DNA of 64,000 bases, taken from Epiperipatus broadwayi (taxonomy: Eukaryota > Animalia > Onychophora). Made by a program: the position numbers and the translations under genes. Positions within the stretch are counted from its first letter, which is position 1. Every line of letters starts with the position of its first letter. Location of the stretch: positions 24,366,001-24,430,000 of the forward strand of contig JAQFVV010000003.1 of assembly GCA_028023455.1 (NCBI GenBank). Reading direction: 5' to 3'. A model generated the notes under the pieces. The model saw nothing but the letters and a program-made list of their open reading frames with translations, did no database searches and was not told where the DNA came from. Below are positions 38,701 through 52,265 of the stretch, in pieces.

Positions 38701-41700
38701 TGCAAATTCATTATTATAACTTATCTAAATTGTCAGCATTCAAGTGAGAAATATGTGGTACAACAAAATTTAATTAATTTAAAATATATTTGCAAAATCA
38801 AATTTTACTTTGTTTTGCAAAAAACATTTTTGTTTAAAAAAATTTCCAACTCTGCAATCTTTTAATCAGTGCTGCCATCTTTTTGCATCTGTATGATGTC
38901 ATTCAAAACTAGTTATGATAAAGATGTTGCACACATTTTTATATTGCAAATTACACTTTTTTTAAACAAGTATCATAAAGCAACAGTTTATAGGATATTA
39001 AAATTCTATACAAAAAAAAAAAACATGCAAGATTTATCAAGATTTATGCAATATTTGTTGAGTTATAAAGTTACAAATAAACAAACTGTCACATTTGCAT
39101 AATAATATAGATGGTATACAGTTATTTTCCTTTAGTAAAATGATTTCTAAAAAAAAAAAAATGTCTTATGATCATGACTTACACAATGATTTTTAGAAAC
39201 TAACTATTCCAGGATTTCTTTCTCTTGTAACCTGAGTAGTTTTTAGATGGTAGGTGATGGTTATTAAACTTGTATTCAGTACTATCCTATCCTTATTTCC
39301 AGAATAGTTTTCTGGATTATAGCTTTTGAGAATATGGAGCCTGGATCTAGTACAAGCACATATGTTTAGATTTAAAACATTAACATGCTTCTGAATTTCA
39401 CGCTGGAAGTTTGATAGTTAATAAGAAGTGTAAAAGGTATGTGTTGTATGAAAGCTGATTAGATTCAGATCCAAACTTATTGACAAACTAGTCTGGCTAT
39501 TGTAAATAGGATAGCATTAAATATATTTAATAAGGTTTAGTATCTATTGATTATTCAAGCTTATGATAGATGGCAGCAATAAACAGTCAGTTTGCTCCTA
39601 AAAATAATTTCTAGTTTGCATTTGTTTTTATTAATTTCTTGTTAATCTGGAAGCAACTGAGAAAATTTTAAAATATATCTAAGGAAAAAGCGATATCAAA
39701 TATTTATTAAAATCACTGTTAAATTACATTTATTTTATTTAGTATATGCTAAATTACATTTATTTAGTATATGGATTTTTTTAGACTGCTAATTATTAAA
39801 ACAAAGACATCTTTAATTATTTCACTTTCAATCCTGTATCTAAATTCACTAGAAGTTTTATTAAGTACTATGATTTTACCACACTATAAATTCAATGACA
39901 GTTATTATCTTTCATGGTTTGGTCACAATTACATATATCAGGGAGTGTTAAGTTTCATTTCTGAAACAATAAAGTACCGTGACCATGGGTGGTCTTGAAT
40001 TCTGGCTTTACTATAGTAACAATTCCATTTCTTATTAGTACTTTATTTGTTTAAAAAGATTCTTGCTTGAGCATCCAGAATGGGAATTTTAATGTGAGCA
40101 TGCATAGGGTAGTGAAAGTATTTGATTTAGTAGTAAGCCTAATCTATTTAATACCTTTTTATTCATTTTCTATGGCAACATCAATTATGTGGTAGAAAAA
40201 TATATAAAAATATGGAAGCCATTGCAAGAGAATGGATTTGATTGTGCCTGTAATATTTTTCATAATGTTTGATTACATATTTAAACTGTACCGTATTTTT
40301 CTCCAAATAATAGACATGTCCATGCCAAAGAAGCTACCTATAGAGTATTTGCATTAATAGCCCATGTAGTTTCAGAGAGCTTTTAAAAGAAACTTCCTAA
40401 AGATTTTTCAATTACATCTTTCTAACTCCATGCTACATTTTATAATTTAAAATACAACCATTTCCAGTTTTACCTGTTTATCTGTGTAAAGTAGCCTGCT
40501 GCTACAGTTTCATCATAAATCCTTGTGTATACAGTAAACATCTGGAGTTTTTTCATTAAATGGAAAAATATTAAATATCTTATCTAACCTTGAGAGATAA
40601 GTTAAAAACAGCATCTGAATAGTTAGTTCATCAGGAAGAATAAAGGGGATATTATAATACTTGCTTATTTCTAGATGAGGAAATGCATTTTAAACATATC
40701 AATATTTTTTAAATTAATGATGCAGTAAATATTTCTATCAATTGTCATCAGTTTTAAACTTACTCCAAGATATAGTAGCATCTTTTCTCAAAAACAATGT
40801 TATATATTTTCTATAAATAGTGGATTGAATGAACCTGACACTTAAAAAATATATTGTGATTGATGAAATTACTGCACAACCTGAGCTTGATACATAATTA
40901 TGTTAGCAACATTATAGAAGAAATCATTTTAAATTAATCCAAGCAACATTATTTCACAAGATGTAAAAACTTACTGAATTTGATCATATAACTTTATAAA
41001 GATTTTCTATTTTTCTTGATGTTTTATTATTATTAAGGTATTATTGTATGATCAGAACAGATGCTAGGAATTTTGATGCCCTATTCAATACTATATTTTG
41101 CAACCTTTTCAATCTAAAAAAAGTTTCTTAATATCTTGAAAACCATGATGTTAAAGTTAAACTTCAACATCTTTGATTTTAATTTATCATAAATTATATT
41201 TTTTATAGAAAGAGAGTGGAGTCTAACAATTAAAATCAAAGTGTGCATTTAATTTTATTATAAATGTAGTAAGACTATTTTCTATCATAATTACTATAAT
41301 GAAATATAAAATTACTTAAAATAATGAGCATTTCAAAATATTGAGAAATTTAAAAAAATACATTTAAACCTTTCAGGACAAAATACATACTTCATTTTGA
41401 CCATATGGGTTTTTGAATTGTTAAAAAAAAAAAAAGGATTAGTAATTTTTAAAATTAAACATGTTTTATTTATTAATAAAAATATTGATTTGAAAGTATT
41501 CTTTTGACTTTCAAAATAAATATAAATGTATATTTCATCTTGACAAACAAAATTTAATAAATCACAATTTGCAATGATTGACTGGACGTATAGTTGTTTT
41601 TCTCTGATTACATCAGCCAGATTTTTTTTTTAAAAAAAAAAACTCCTGTAATAAACTTTCTTTTCAAATCTTGTTTTTTTTTTTTTTATTTATTTTATGA

Positions 41701-44700
41701 ACTTTTTTGTTTATTTCAGTTCCTTCAATGTTTTTACCATATTATATGGTTATTGTCAAGGATTAATTATTTCTATAAAATATATACAAATATATGTTTA
41801 CAACGAATTTCCAAAACAACATAAAAATATTTTATCACACAATTAAAAATTTTTAATTTACTTCTTGCTTACTTTCATGTGTCTATGTCCTTTTACATTT
41901 GTTTAATTCACATTTTATATATAAAATATTATTCAATTATTATAATTCACATCAAATTCCTAACACTTTTTATTCTAAACTGATTTTCTCATTTTTATAT
42001 ATAAACTTTCTTTAATTAATCTTTCTTTGCAAGATCTCATATTTTCCAACATCTTTATTTCAAAGAAATATTAATTAAAGAAACTTAAATGAAGAATATT
42101 TTATCTGAAAATATAAAAGGATGTAGACATATGAAACTAAGCAAATTGAGTCTTTTTTATAAAAAAAAAAAAAGTAATTTATGTGATAAAATATTTTCAT
42201 TACATTGTTTTAGAAATTATTTGTATATACATATTTTATAAGAATAGTCAAATCCTTGACAATGACCATATAATATGGCTGAAATATTGGAGGAAACCTG
42301 AAATTAAAAAAATGGTTCATAAAATAAATAAAAAACAAGATTTGAAAAAAAAAAGTTTTATTAAATGGTTTGTTGTTGTTTTTTAATATATTAATGAACC
42401 ATATATGTAAGAAAATAATAAAATACTTATTATTGATTTTCTTAAACTGCCATTTATAAAAATGAAAACTAAAACAGATTAATTCTTATTAAAAATAAAC
42501 AGAAAAAAAACGAGTGACTAATTAAGTAATATCAAATAAATTTCTATCCAATTCAAAAATATTAACAAAACAAATTTTAGGTAGTGCCACTATGGTCCAG
42601 AAATGAAATGTATAATATTTGGGAAAAAATTAAAACAATATTTTACTGTTAATTTATATGTAAATAATGTCTGAACAAAAATTGATTGATATTTTAACTT
42701 TTTTTTTTTAATTCAAAAAATTATCTCCATTGTTTTTCTATTCTCCAATAACATTCAAGACATAGGTCAGTGCAACATTAACTATTGATTTCTAAATCAG
42801 CACTTATTTCATCAGAGTACAGTAAAATTATTCAATTACTTTAGATTGCTGTAGATGGCTCTGTAATAAAGGAATTTGTTCTTGAAAGACAAAAACCAAT
42901 TATCAGTTAACATTACAATGTATTAAGTTTTCAGAATTTGGTGACATAAACTCACCAAAAAAAAAAATTGTTACTACTTAATCCTTACCTTTGTCTGACA
43001 ATCATGAATAATGTGAGAGTCATGATCATGAAATATGTTTCAAAGAAGTGTGAGAAGAAACTGTTACATATTTCTATTGAAATGTTTATAATCTTAACAT
43101 GGAAATCATCTGCCTATTATAAGATTGTAAGGAGGCATAAAGGATCAAAATAAAAACACAAAGAGTAACCACAAATGTGTCACTTGGGATATTCATCTTG
43201 TTTGAACAAATACACCATTAACTATACAACACATTTTTATAAATAATTAGAAATTACGTAATTCTTTAGTTTAAACAGTGTATGACAAAACAAAGATACC
43301 CCTAGACTGAAGAGTTGCTTTTATTCTATATTTTTCACAATCGTCAAAAAATTCTATTAAGCTACAAATATTAAAAGGTAGCCAAGCTGGAAGGGTTGCT
43401 TTATAATATAATTATATATTGTTATTTTTTCTTTTTTACAGTCATTCCTTCAATATTCATCTCATTAATCACCTTTTCAATCATTACAAATCCACTGTTG
43501 AGTGAAGGTCTCATCATATTTAATTTAGTTTCTCTAAATCATTGCCCCCCACACACATCGACTCCAGCAAACTTACCACATCCATCTCACACCTGCTCTA
43601 AGTCTTTTACAGTCTCTAATTCATTATCTCATTTACTTCTCTAATATCATCTTCTCTAACAATATGTTCATCCTATCTCCATTTAACTCTCTTAGTGATA
43701 TCTGTTTCCTCACCCATGTTTATTTTTACTTCTTACTGTTTCCAATATATATCTCTTCACACCACATTATGTTTTTCTACTACAATGTCTAATCTCATAT
43801 TTATGTGTAAGCACTGGTAAAATACATTCAGTAAAAACCTTTTTCAAGTAGAACAGCATATTTTCTTTCAATATTAGGTTACGTTTACTAAAAGGACTTG
43901 ATATCCAATTTTAATTTATGTAGTATCTGTTTTTTCACTCATATTTGCACTTTCTATTTTTACTGATTGTTTCCAACATATATCTCTTTAGGCTACTCTT
44001 CTTTGTCTGAACTCTATATTATTTTTTATTAAACGTCTAAGTTTTAATTTTACATACAAGCATTGATAAAATGCATGTGTTTTTAAAAAACTTTACTTTC
44101 AAAAATAGCATATTTCCTTTTAATATTGTTATTTCTAATAAATGCTCTTTATTCAATTAATTTTATCCATTATATTTCTGTCTTTAGTAAAAATGTAACC
44201 AATCTATTTATTAAGAATTTGTAGTCATGCTTTAGATATGAAAATTAGCCAAACATTTGTCTTTTTTAGTCTTTTAGATCAGTAATCATTCAATGATAGT
44301 GCAAAACAAAATCCAGAGAGTTTTTGTTATTAGTCTTCATTACAGGGCAACAATAGATTACACATATGTAACAGCCATCTTTACTTCATTAATATTATCC
44401 AAGCTAATGACTTAAAATTCAAATATCTTAAAATTTCAAAACAAATTAATTAATTGAATATTTATATAATTGTGACATTGGCTCTCTTCCCAAACCACAT
44501 TTTAGTGTCCCCAGTTACATGCTAAGTGTAGGACACCATTACCATGAGATTTTAAGATTACTTTTAACATCTGTATTACAAGCAATTTATTTTAAAGCAA
44601 AGCTATTTCTCCTTTAGATCTGCCATCTGCATAAACTTGAATAATCAATAGATGGCAATGCTTAACAAATTTCTTTTCAGATTAATTTTTGATTTAAGAG

Positions 44701-44839
44701 TTTTTCATTTTGATCTAGTGCATTTGGATTTTTTGGGTCTTTATTCAAGCAATTTGGCTTAAATTCAAAACATATTTTGAATTTCATATTGGTAGCTTGA
44801 TAATAAAAAAATAAAATTAGCTGCTAGAGAAAGATGCAT

Positions 44840-44935
44840 TAGGTTCATAAAATCCAGATGTACTTGTCTAAATCCAAAACATCTCTCTGACAAAAGCCAT
44901 GAGATATAACCTAGTCTGGGTATAAGGATAGAATA
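44840..44935 (+). mobile_element. Very decayed family A fragment
   Basis: CTCTCTGACAAAAGCCATGAGATATAACCTAGTCTGGGTAT aligns to the family A HHR region. Confidence 0.5.
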
Positions 44936-46304
44936 AAAATTGGATATAGATTTATTAAACACTACTATCTGGCATCTATGGATTAGTTAAACTTATATAA
45001 GGTGTCAGAATTGTAGTAGAAGAAACATTTTCTTTTTAAAAGTAATGTCGAATGGAAATATTAATTATAAATACTAAACTTTGCTTTATTAAAGCATGTT
45101 AACGAATCAGTGTTGACATTGGCATCCACAATATAAGCTACTTGATAACTAAGTTTTTAGCAAAGTCTAGCAAACTATGGAGTTTAAATATAATCAGGAA
45201 TTATAATTGTGGTTTTTATGTACTTTTATGATTATTTGTTGGAAACCATTATCGTACAAAAAATATATACTATAGAATGTTAAATAATCCCAAGTAATCC
45301 TATGTACAATGGTGCAAAATGTTTCAATATAAATGGTGAGAAAGAGAAGGTATAGAGTGGAGACAAAAGATTGTATCAAAAATAGTATTTACATTTGCAT
45401 ATTATTAAAACAGAGTTTTAAATAACTTTTGGATCTCTAGTAATGGTTATGAAAAATTTTCTGGCACATTTATCCATTATTATTTTCCATGCTTTATGAT
45501 TGTGTCCCATTTTTAGACTAGGTTTTCAGCAAAGTCACTTTGTTCTCTAATGCAGTGTATCAGCGAAAGAAAACTTCAAGATTCTAATATTGTGATATGT
45601 TTTATGTCAAACATGTCTGGGTATAGTCAATTATGTAATTGATATTTTATCTGACTTATTTATATCCCACTGAAGAAATAAAATCATTTTAGAATAGGTG
45701 TTAAATTTTGATTAAAATATATGTTCCAATACTTGTTAAGCTTAATGAAGATGCTTGGGATGTTTTCATTTTGTTCCAAATATCATAAATTTTGTTATTC
45801 AGAATAAATAAGTTATAGTCATAATATTTTTCAATAGTATAACAATAAAATCATCATCATTCACACTTATTTTGGAAACATCATATGTATTTCAGAATTA
45901 TGTCTAGCAGATAAGCAATCAGTTTTTTAGTGCATAAATTTTGGACTTGGAGAGTATGTGCTTCTAGTGCATTTTGTAATATGGCAAAATTACATGAAGT
46001 GACTGGATTTTATTGCAGAAACAATGAGAAAATCACACCTGCCTTGAGATTATCTAAATTTTGCCTATGGTGTGCATTGAAAAAATATTTATTTAATTGC
46101 ACATTGAACCTTATGCCATAATGATTTATTTTTATGAATTACTTGAATAAATTGGAATTCAAATCACTAGCATACAATAATTTATTTGATCTGTTATTTA
46201 TTTTATTCAGATTCAGCTATACTAATTTTATATGCTATTGATCATAAATATTTGAGAGCTGCCCTACACTAAATGAAATTAGCATCAATCATATTCTCAC
46301 ATTC

Positions 46305-46377
46305 ATATCACATGATCATCCATTGATTACTCTGGTTTCCATTGAGTGGCACTACTGTATGGAGAGTTTTGCCTCTG
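46305..46377 (+). mobile_element. Minimal 73-bp family A insertion with perfect 14-bp TSD
   Basis: ATATTCTCACATTC | inverted ATATCACATGATCA + sense 3' end | ATATTCTCACATTC (46291-46304 and 46378-46391). Confidence 0.9.
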
Positions 46378-47629
46378 ATATTCTCACATTCTAATAATCC
46401 TATTGATTCTATATCAGATAGCTGCATGATATAGCATCTGCATATGTTGGCTTGTTATGTAGTGTACAGACATGATCCTTTGTGTTATTTTTCATGTTCC
46501 AAAATAATGAAGGGTAAAATATAACAAGGGATGTTTTATTTCAGGAGCTGCACATAATCAAATATTAGTAATGTTAATTACTATTACTATGTTAGTGTCA
46601 TTGTGTGTAACATATAGATGCTTGGCTTAAAAGGAGAAATACATGGGAACTCCTTATGGTGTTAATTTTATTTAAATTGTATGTTTAACTTGATGATTGT
46701 TAATTTGCCAAGCAAACATGTTGTGTTTAATATTTGTGTGCACTTTTTAAACAATAGATTGTTTATAATATATGCTATAGATTCCACATTAATAAAATGC
46801 AGCATTATGATGTAATATCTCTAAATGGACTAGATCAATAATTTATATTAACATTTTTTTGGCCATTTTACAACAATCCTTTTCAACAACTTCTCATAGA
46901 AGATGAAATAATAAAAAAAGTATTCATCATCTTGTCCATTCCCAAGGGGTAAGGTTTTGAGAATTTTTTTTATCCTTATTTTACTTTCTAGCTAAAAATA
47001 TTTAAATATTTATTTATCATATAATATTGGATGATTAGGTGGGTTGACTATCTGAAAGAAAAACCTCATGCCTGTTGAAAAAAAAATTCAAACATACTCA
47101 GGTTGCATTCCAATTCATATTATAGGCATTGATGGATTGGTTACAAGGTTCTTTCACTTTCAGTATATATGTAATACACAAATTTATTTTATATATTTAG
47201 GAAACACTTACCTGAAATAATCACTTCTTTATAAATATGTAATTGATTATTAATTATTTCATCAGATTATAAATTGTAACATTTCATTTAATCTTATGTA
47301 TAAACTTTAAATTTAATAAATTCAAATTTATGTTATAATATTCTTAATATATTTGCATGATAATCAGGATTTAACCATTCTACTCCCTTTGTTTATAATC
47401 TACCATCTTATATTTTAACAATTATGGCTAATGTTTACTCTTACATTTTAAACATGTAGTTGAATGTATGGGGAAAAAATAAAAATATTAAAAGTCAGTT
47501 TTTCTCAATGTTTGTAACCATATGTCGGAAATATAGAAATATGGTCAGAACATAATACAGTTCTGTCTAAAAGATTAGCTATAAATTAAATAATATATCA
47601 AACACACAGTTCTTTCCAAAATAGTTCAT

Positions 47630-49222
47630 AAATATCAAATAAAACAAACTTTTTAAAACTTGCTTTTATATGACTATAATGATGAAAAAGAAATCCAACG
47701 TTTCGACTATTTCATATAATCTTTTTTAAGGTACACTAAAATAAAATAATATATATAATAATAAATATCACATATTCCAAAATATATATATTAAATTAAA
47801 AATTACAAAATATATTCATAAACAAAAATTTACTTTATCTCCCACTTCCCTTTCCTATTACAAATAATCACAACCTAAACACAAACAATTTTTTTTAAAA
47901 TATATATATATCCTTTAAAACATTTATTAGGTTTTTAATTAAATGTTTTCAAGGATATATATATAGATTTTTTTTTTTAAATTGTTTGTGTTTAGTTTGT
48001 GATTGTTTCTAATAGGAAAGGGGAATGGGAGATAAGGTAAATTTTTGTTTATGAATATATTTTGTAATTTTTAATTTAAGATACACCTGGGTCTCGTTTT
48101 ATGCTGATTATTTTAATGCGATTTTGAAGTTATGCGATTCATGTTTCTTCTTAATATCTTTTATATCTCACTATATTTATTAGATATCAAGAAATTTAAA
48201 TTATTAATAACTTATTTTCACTTGAAATACTTTTTTTCTTCCAAAAATATAACATTATATTAGCAGCTAATGTGAATGAAGCCTGAAGCAGTATCTAGAT
48301 TTTTAGTTTCTATGTAAATAACCTATTTATACTAATGAGTAAATAATAATAATAGATTTATACTTACATATAAAAATATTGCAATAAATATTCAAAAAAT
48401 TTAAACTTTTAAAACGTACTTTGTTATATATAACAGAAATAAATAATCTTTTAGATTTTTAAAATAAAAAACGATTTTATAAACTGAAAATAATCTTTCT
48501 AATGATAATGTGTAATATTTTGTTTTGATTGTGATTTCACTTTTTTAATATAGAAACAGAAAACCATTAACACAGCATAAGATAGAAAGTGGCGCTAGTT
48601 GTACATCACATCACGAATAAAAATAAAGTGGCTAACAAGTTTCTTTGGGCATAATTGCTGAGATTCTTGACTTCATTTAAGGAGAAACTACAATACATCA
48701 CATCGAGTCTGATTTCTTACCAGTTTACAAATGAACACTAGCAGTAATGATTAAAATATGTATGAAAAATGTAAATTTAAATACTGTAGTAATAAAAAAA
48801 GTAAAAAAAAGTTTGTCTTGTATTAATTTTTTTCAAATATTTAAAAAATTTTATTAGTCATACTTTAATTGCTTATTTTTTTAATGCGAATTTTAAAGTA
48901 ATTCTTCCTTGTTGCTTTGCTTTTATGCGAATTCTGAAAATTACAGCACTTATCCCCCATTTTTCAAGGTAAGTCAAGTCTATTTTTGTGTGATTTTTTT
49001 TAATGTGAGTTTTTTGTGGAACCTATCTACCGCATAAAATGAGACCCAGTGTGTGTATATATATTGGAATATGTGATATTTATTATTATATATATTATTT
49101 TATTTTTGTCTACCTTGAAAAAGACTATATGAAATGGTCAAAACGTTGGATTTCTTTTTCATCATTATAGTCATATAAAAAGCAAGTTTTAAAAGAAGGA
49201 TTTTGTTTGTTTTATTTCTATA
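47630..49222. mobile_element. Family C fold-back element (~290-bp arms) with an HHR-variant motif in each arm; right arm split by a MITE
   Basis: ~47630-47920 is inverted as ~47935-48080 plus ~49056-49222. Motif consensus CC TTGAAAA A GACTAT ATGAA ATAGTC GAAAC GTT GG at 47695-47735 (-) and 49111-49150 (+). Confidence 0.75.
48084..49055. mobile_element. Tigger/pogo-type MITE, second copy
   Basis: TA|CACCTGGGTCTCGTTTTATGC ... GCATAAAATGAGACCCAG..|TA. Subterminal regions are homologous to 28703-29766. Confidence 0.9.
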
Positions 49223-49223
49223 T

Positions 49224-50960
49224 TGTATAAATTAAAGAAATTTTAAATTGAGATTAAAATTTTATACAAATACTTTATATTCTTCCTATTATAGGTTTTG
49301 TGGGTTTTTTATATTTGCATTAACTATTCCAAACAACTTTTAAACAAACCAGCCATTTAAGTCACCAGAAAAAAAGGCATGACTTTCGATATAAAGCTAA
49401 AATAATCAGCCAGTCAGATCTTCCATGGCAACTGTTTCATGCCTCAAGATATCATTAATAAGCTGTCTGTGGATACAGAGTTAGTATTCCAATTGTAAAA
49501 AGCTGTGATCAGACAGTCTGCTGATAAAGTGTTTTCAGTTTTTTTTCTAAGTAGTCTCTGTCAAAATAAAAATGTGCATTCAGGCATAATATATTATAAC
49601 GTTTTCCGTTTTGTTAGGCCTCTACACGCTAATATAAATTGTGCGCGAGTTGATCAAGCTATGTCAAAAAGAAGAAAGTTGTATTTCAATCTCTATTAAA
49701 AACATAGCTATATTTCCTGATCAACTCGGCCTTGTAATTGTTGAGAATTATGCTATCGACGACATCAGCTTTTAATTTATTTGAAAGGTGCCAGAGTTCT
49801 GCAAGAATCCACTGAACTCCCATAGCATCTTGAAAATTAAAAAGAAAAGATATTTTTAAACTAATCGGTATTACATCATACCGTAACGAGAATTATTTTT
49901 TTAAGATTATTCCTAGGCTTATTGAAACATATTGGCAAAGGTAAATTACGTTTTAAATCTCATTAGACTAATAATAAAAAATAATAATTATTATTAATAA
50001 TGCACAAATGAAAATTGGTTTTAGAAATATTTTTATTCTAATAGACTAAAAAAATATTTGAAATAAATTACTTATCAAGTAAATTAGAGAGAACACAACT
50101 CAGACGTGAATCAATTAATAAAAAACAATTTTACAATTACTGTTCATATCTAAATTTCTTCTAGAAAGTTCCTTAAAAAAAATGAATGTCTCTTGTACAA
50201 GAAAATTAATGTCTCTATTGGGATTGTTTAAACATACTTTTAGAAATTGTTTGAAAACGTTTAATTTGGTCACAATCAGGAGTAATGAAGTATAACTTAC
50301 CGGTAAGTTTTGTGAATTCACGAAGGTTGTAGATAACTATGCATAGTTTTTCGGGGTTAAAATGAGCTCACGGCCTTTGGTTATTAGTTGATCTTGCGGT
50401 CCATTCTCCTAGTCAGTCATGAAAGCTTTTCTGGTATGCATCTTCAGGCACGATGTCTTCAGAAGCTCTGGTTCACTCCGACATGTCGAATTACTTCAGC
50501 GTAGAGCGATCTTGGATATATTATTGTTATCCAAGACCAACTAGAGAAACCAATGAACAAGACGTTCTTCAAACTGACCTCTGCCTTTTATACTAGAGGC
50601 CCAGTTTTCCGACTTCTGCGCATATCTTTTGTTTATCAAAATATATGTTGATAATCTTATATATTCTTTATCAAATTTATGTAACAAAGTCTTTATTTTT
50701 TTCAGCAAAATTCTGCCATCTTTAATTAGTTGAAGTATTTTTACTTTCTCTTATCTAGATTGATAATTTATGTCTTTTGTTCTCTCCAATTCTACTTTTA
50801 TTTCTAATTACATTAAAAAAATACGAAAAAATAATTTAACTTTCACTGTACGTTATTTTTTTTAAAAAAAATTAGTCAAAAAAAAAATCTAAATTTACTT
50901 TTATTTTTTAGCTTTTACCAAATGTCAATATATTTGCAATGTATATAAATAAACGTTACA
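49224..50960 (-). mobile_element. Long solo LTR (~1.74 kb), probably Gypsy
   Basis: Minus strand starts TGTAACG and ends TATACA, with ATAT on both flanks (49220-49223, 50961-50964). Internal TATAAAA at 50586-50592. CpG-richer than its surroundings. The lower boundary is less certain because ATAT is common here. Confidence 0.6.
50586..50592 (-). promoter_or_regulatory. TATA box inside the LTR
   Basis: Minus strand GTATAAAAGGCAG at the start of a CpG-containing segment, upstream of a GTAAGT donor at 50300. Confidence 0.55.
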
Positions 50961-51849
50961 ATATATATATTATTAAAACTTATAGAATCTGATTATGACA
51001 AATAGATCTGTGATTTAGTAGAATAGCAGACTCTGAACTTTAAGTTCTACAAATCATGTGATTTAGTAAAATAGTATAATAGCAGAATCAGAACTTTTAG
51101 TTCCACAGATCATGCCTAGTTTTGTTTTTTCCAGTATTAAACTTATTATGAACTCCTAAGCAATAAATTCATTCCTTTCTTTTTTTATGACAGAGAATAA
51201 AGACAATTTAAAAGAAACATAATAGTTTAAAAACAGTGCTAAATAAAATAATATTCTTAATAACTTAAGTCATAATCAATTTTTTTTATATATTAAACCT
51301 TTATTTTCTAATATTTAAATATACATCACAACACAATTATTACATACGGGGATAAAACTAGAGAGAATATTATCATGAGCAGTTATTTTCACTTTGCTTT
51401 GGAGCCATTTATTATAAGTTTGAGTCATCATTGGGCATTAAAAATTACCAATTTTTCCACATTTTTTTTTTTTTTTTACTTATGGATTTCATTAGAAACT
51501 AGACTGAAAATGGATATAGAAGCACTGCTACCTAGCATCCATCAATTACTCAGACTTACAATAGATAATTCTAGAATAGAGTAAATTGCTCTGAAAACAT
51601 TTTAAATGTAAGAGAGAGAGATCGTCATGTGATGTTGTTGGTAGAATGAATATTGCGATTTATGAAAATCTACTTGAATAATAGTGTATTTTCTCTTTAA
51701 AAAAAAATTTGTTAGTACTAAAAAACAAAATTTTATCAACTACTTTCTCAATCATTATTTCAAAATAAATAATTAGGCTTTTAATATTTGAAATGCAGGC
51801 ATTCTTCATATACATGGAGCTTAATTGTAAGTATAGGGGATATGAATGC

Positions 51850-52030
51850 AGACTTTCAAGCACCCTTCAACTATCCAAACTATCTCATACCACTGATATA
51901 TATGATCACACATGATAGACAAGATAGATAATCACCAATATACGTATTTCATGCTGAACCAGCACTCATCAGTTGGTCCAGATTAACATCTTCCACATAT
52001 ATATATAATCAGTGCCCAGTTTATATAAAG
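51850..52030 (-). mobile_element. Family E repeat
   Basis: Aligns along its length with ~26925-27125. Confidence 0.85.
51934..51977 (-). ncRNA. Intact minimal type I hammerhead ribozyme (family E)
   Basis: ACCAA CUGAUGA GUGCUG GUU CAGCAU GAA AUACGUAU A UUGGU: 5-bp helix I, canonical core, 6-bp helix II, palindromic helix III, AUA cleavage triplet. Confidence 0.85.
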
Positions 52031-52182
52031 ATAGCAGATCTTCATACTTTAATTGATAATTAAGCTGTTACTAAATCTAATAAAATGTGAATAGCTTTTA
52101 AATGTCATCTATAGTAAACTTAAATATTGCTAGATTATAGTGCAATTATTCCATCTTTGAATCCTAAGCATCATTGGGTTTG

Positions 52183-52265
52183 GTAAAAACTATTATGGGA
52201 AATTAAATATACACTATCTAGTAAAAAAAACTATTATGGGAAATTAAATATACACTATCTAGTAA
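52183..52265. repeat. Tandem duplication, 2 x ~40 bp
   Basis: AAAACTATTATGGGAAATTAAATATACACTATCTAGTAA twice. Confidence 0.9.

Noticed and set aside
50415-50462. Minus-strand CTGAAGA-TG..CA-GAAAAGCTT as an HHR inside the LTR
   Set aside because: Only a 2-bp helix II, an extra nucleotide disrupts the helix I register, and there is a single copy; likely chance.
49686-50484. Selenoprotein or TGA-readthrough reading of the LTR frame
   Set aside because: No SECIS-like AUGA/AA/GA stem was recognised downstream and the context is a TE; mutational origin of the TGAs is simpler.
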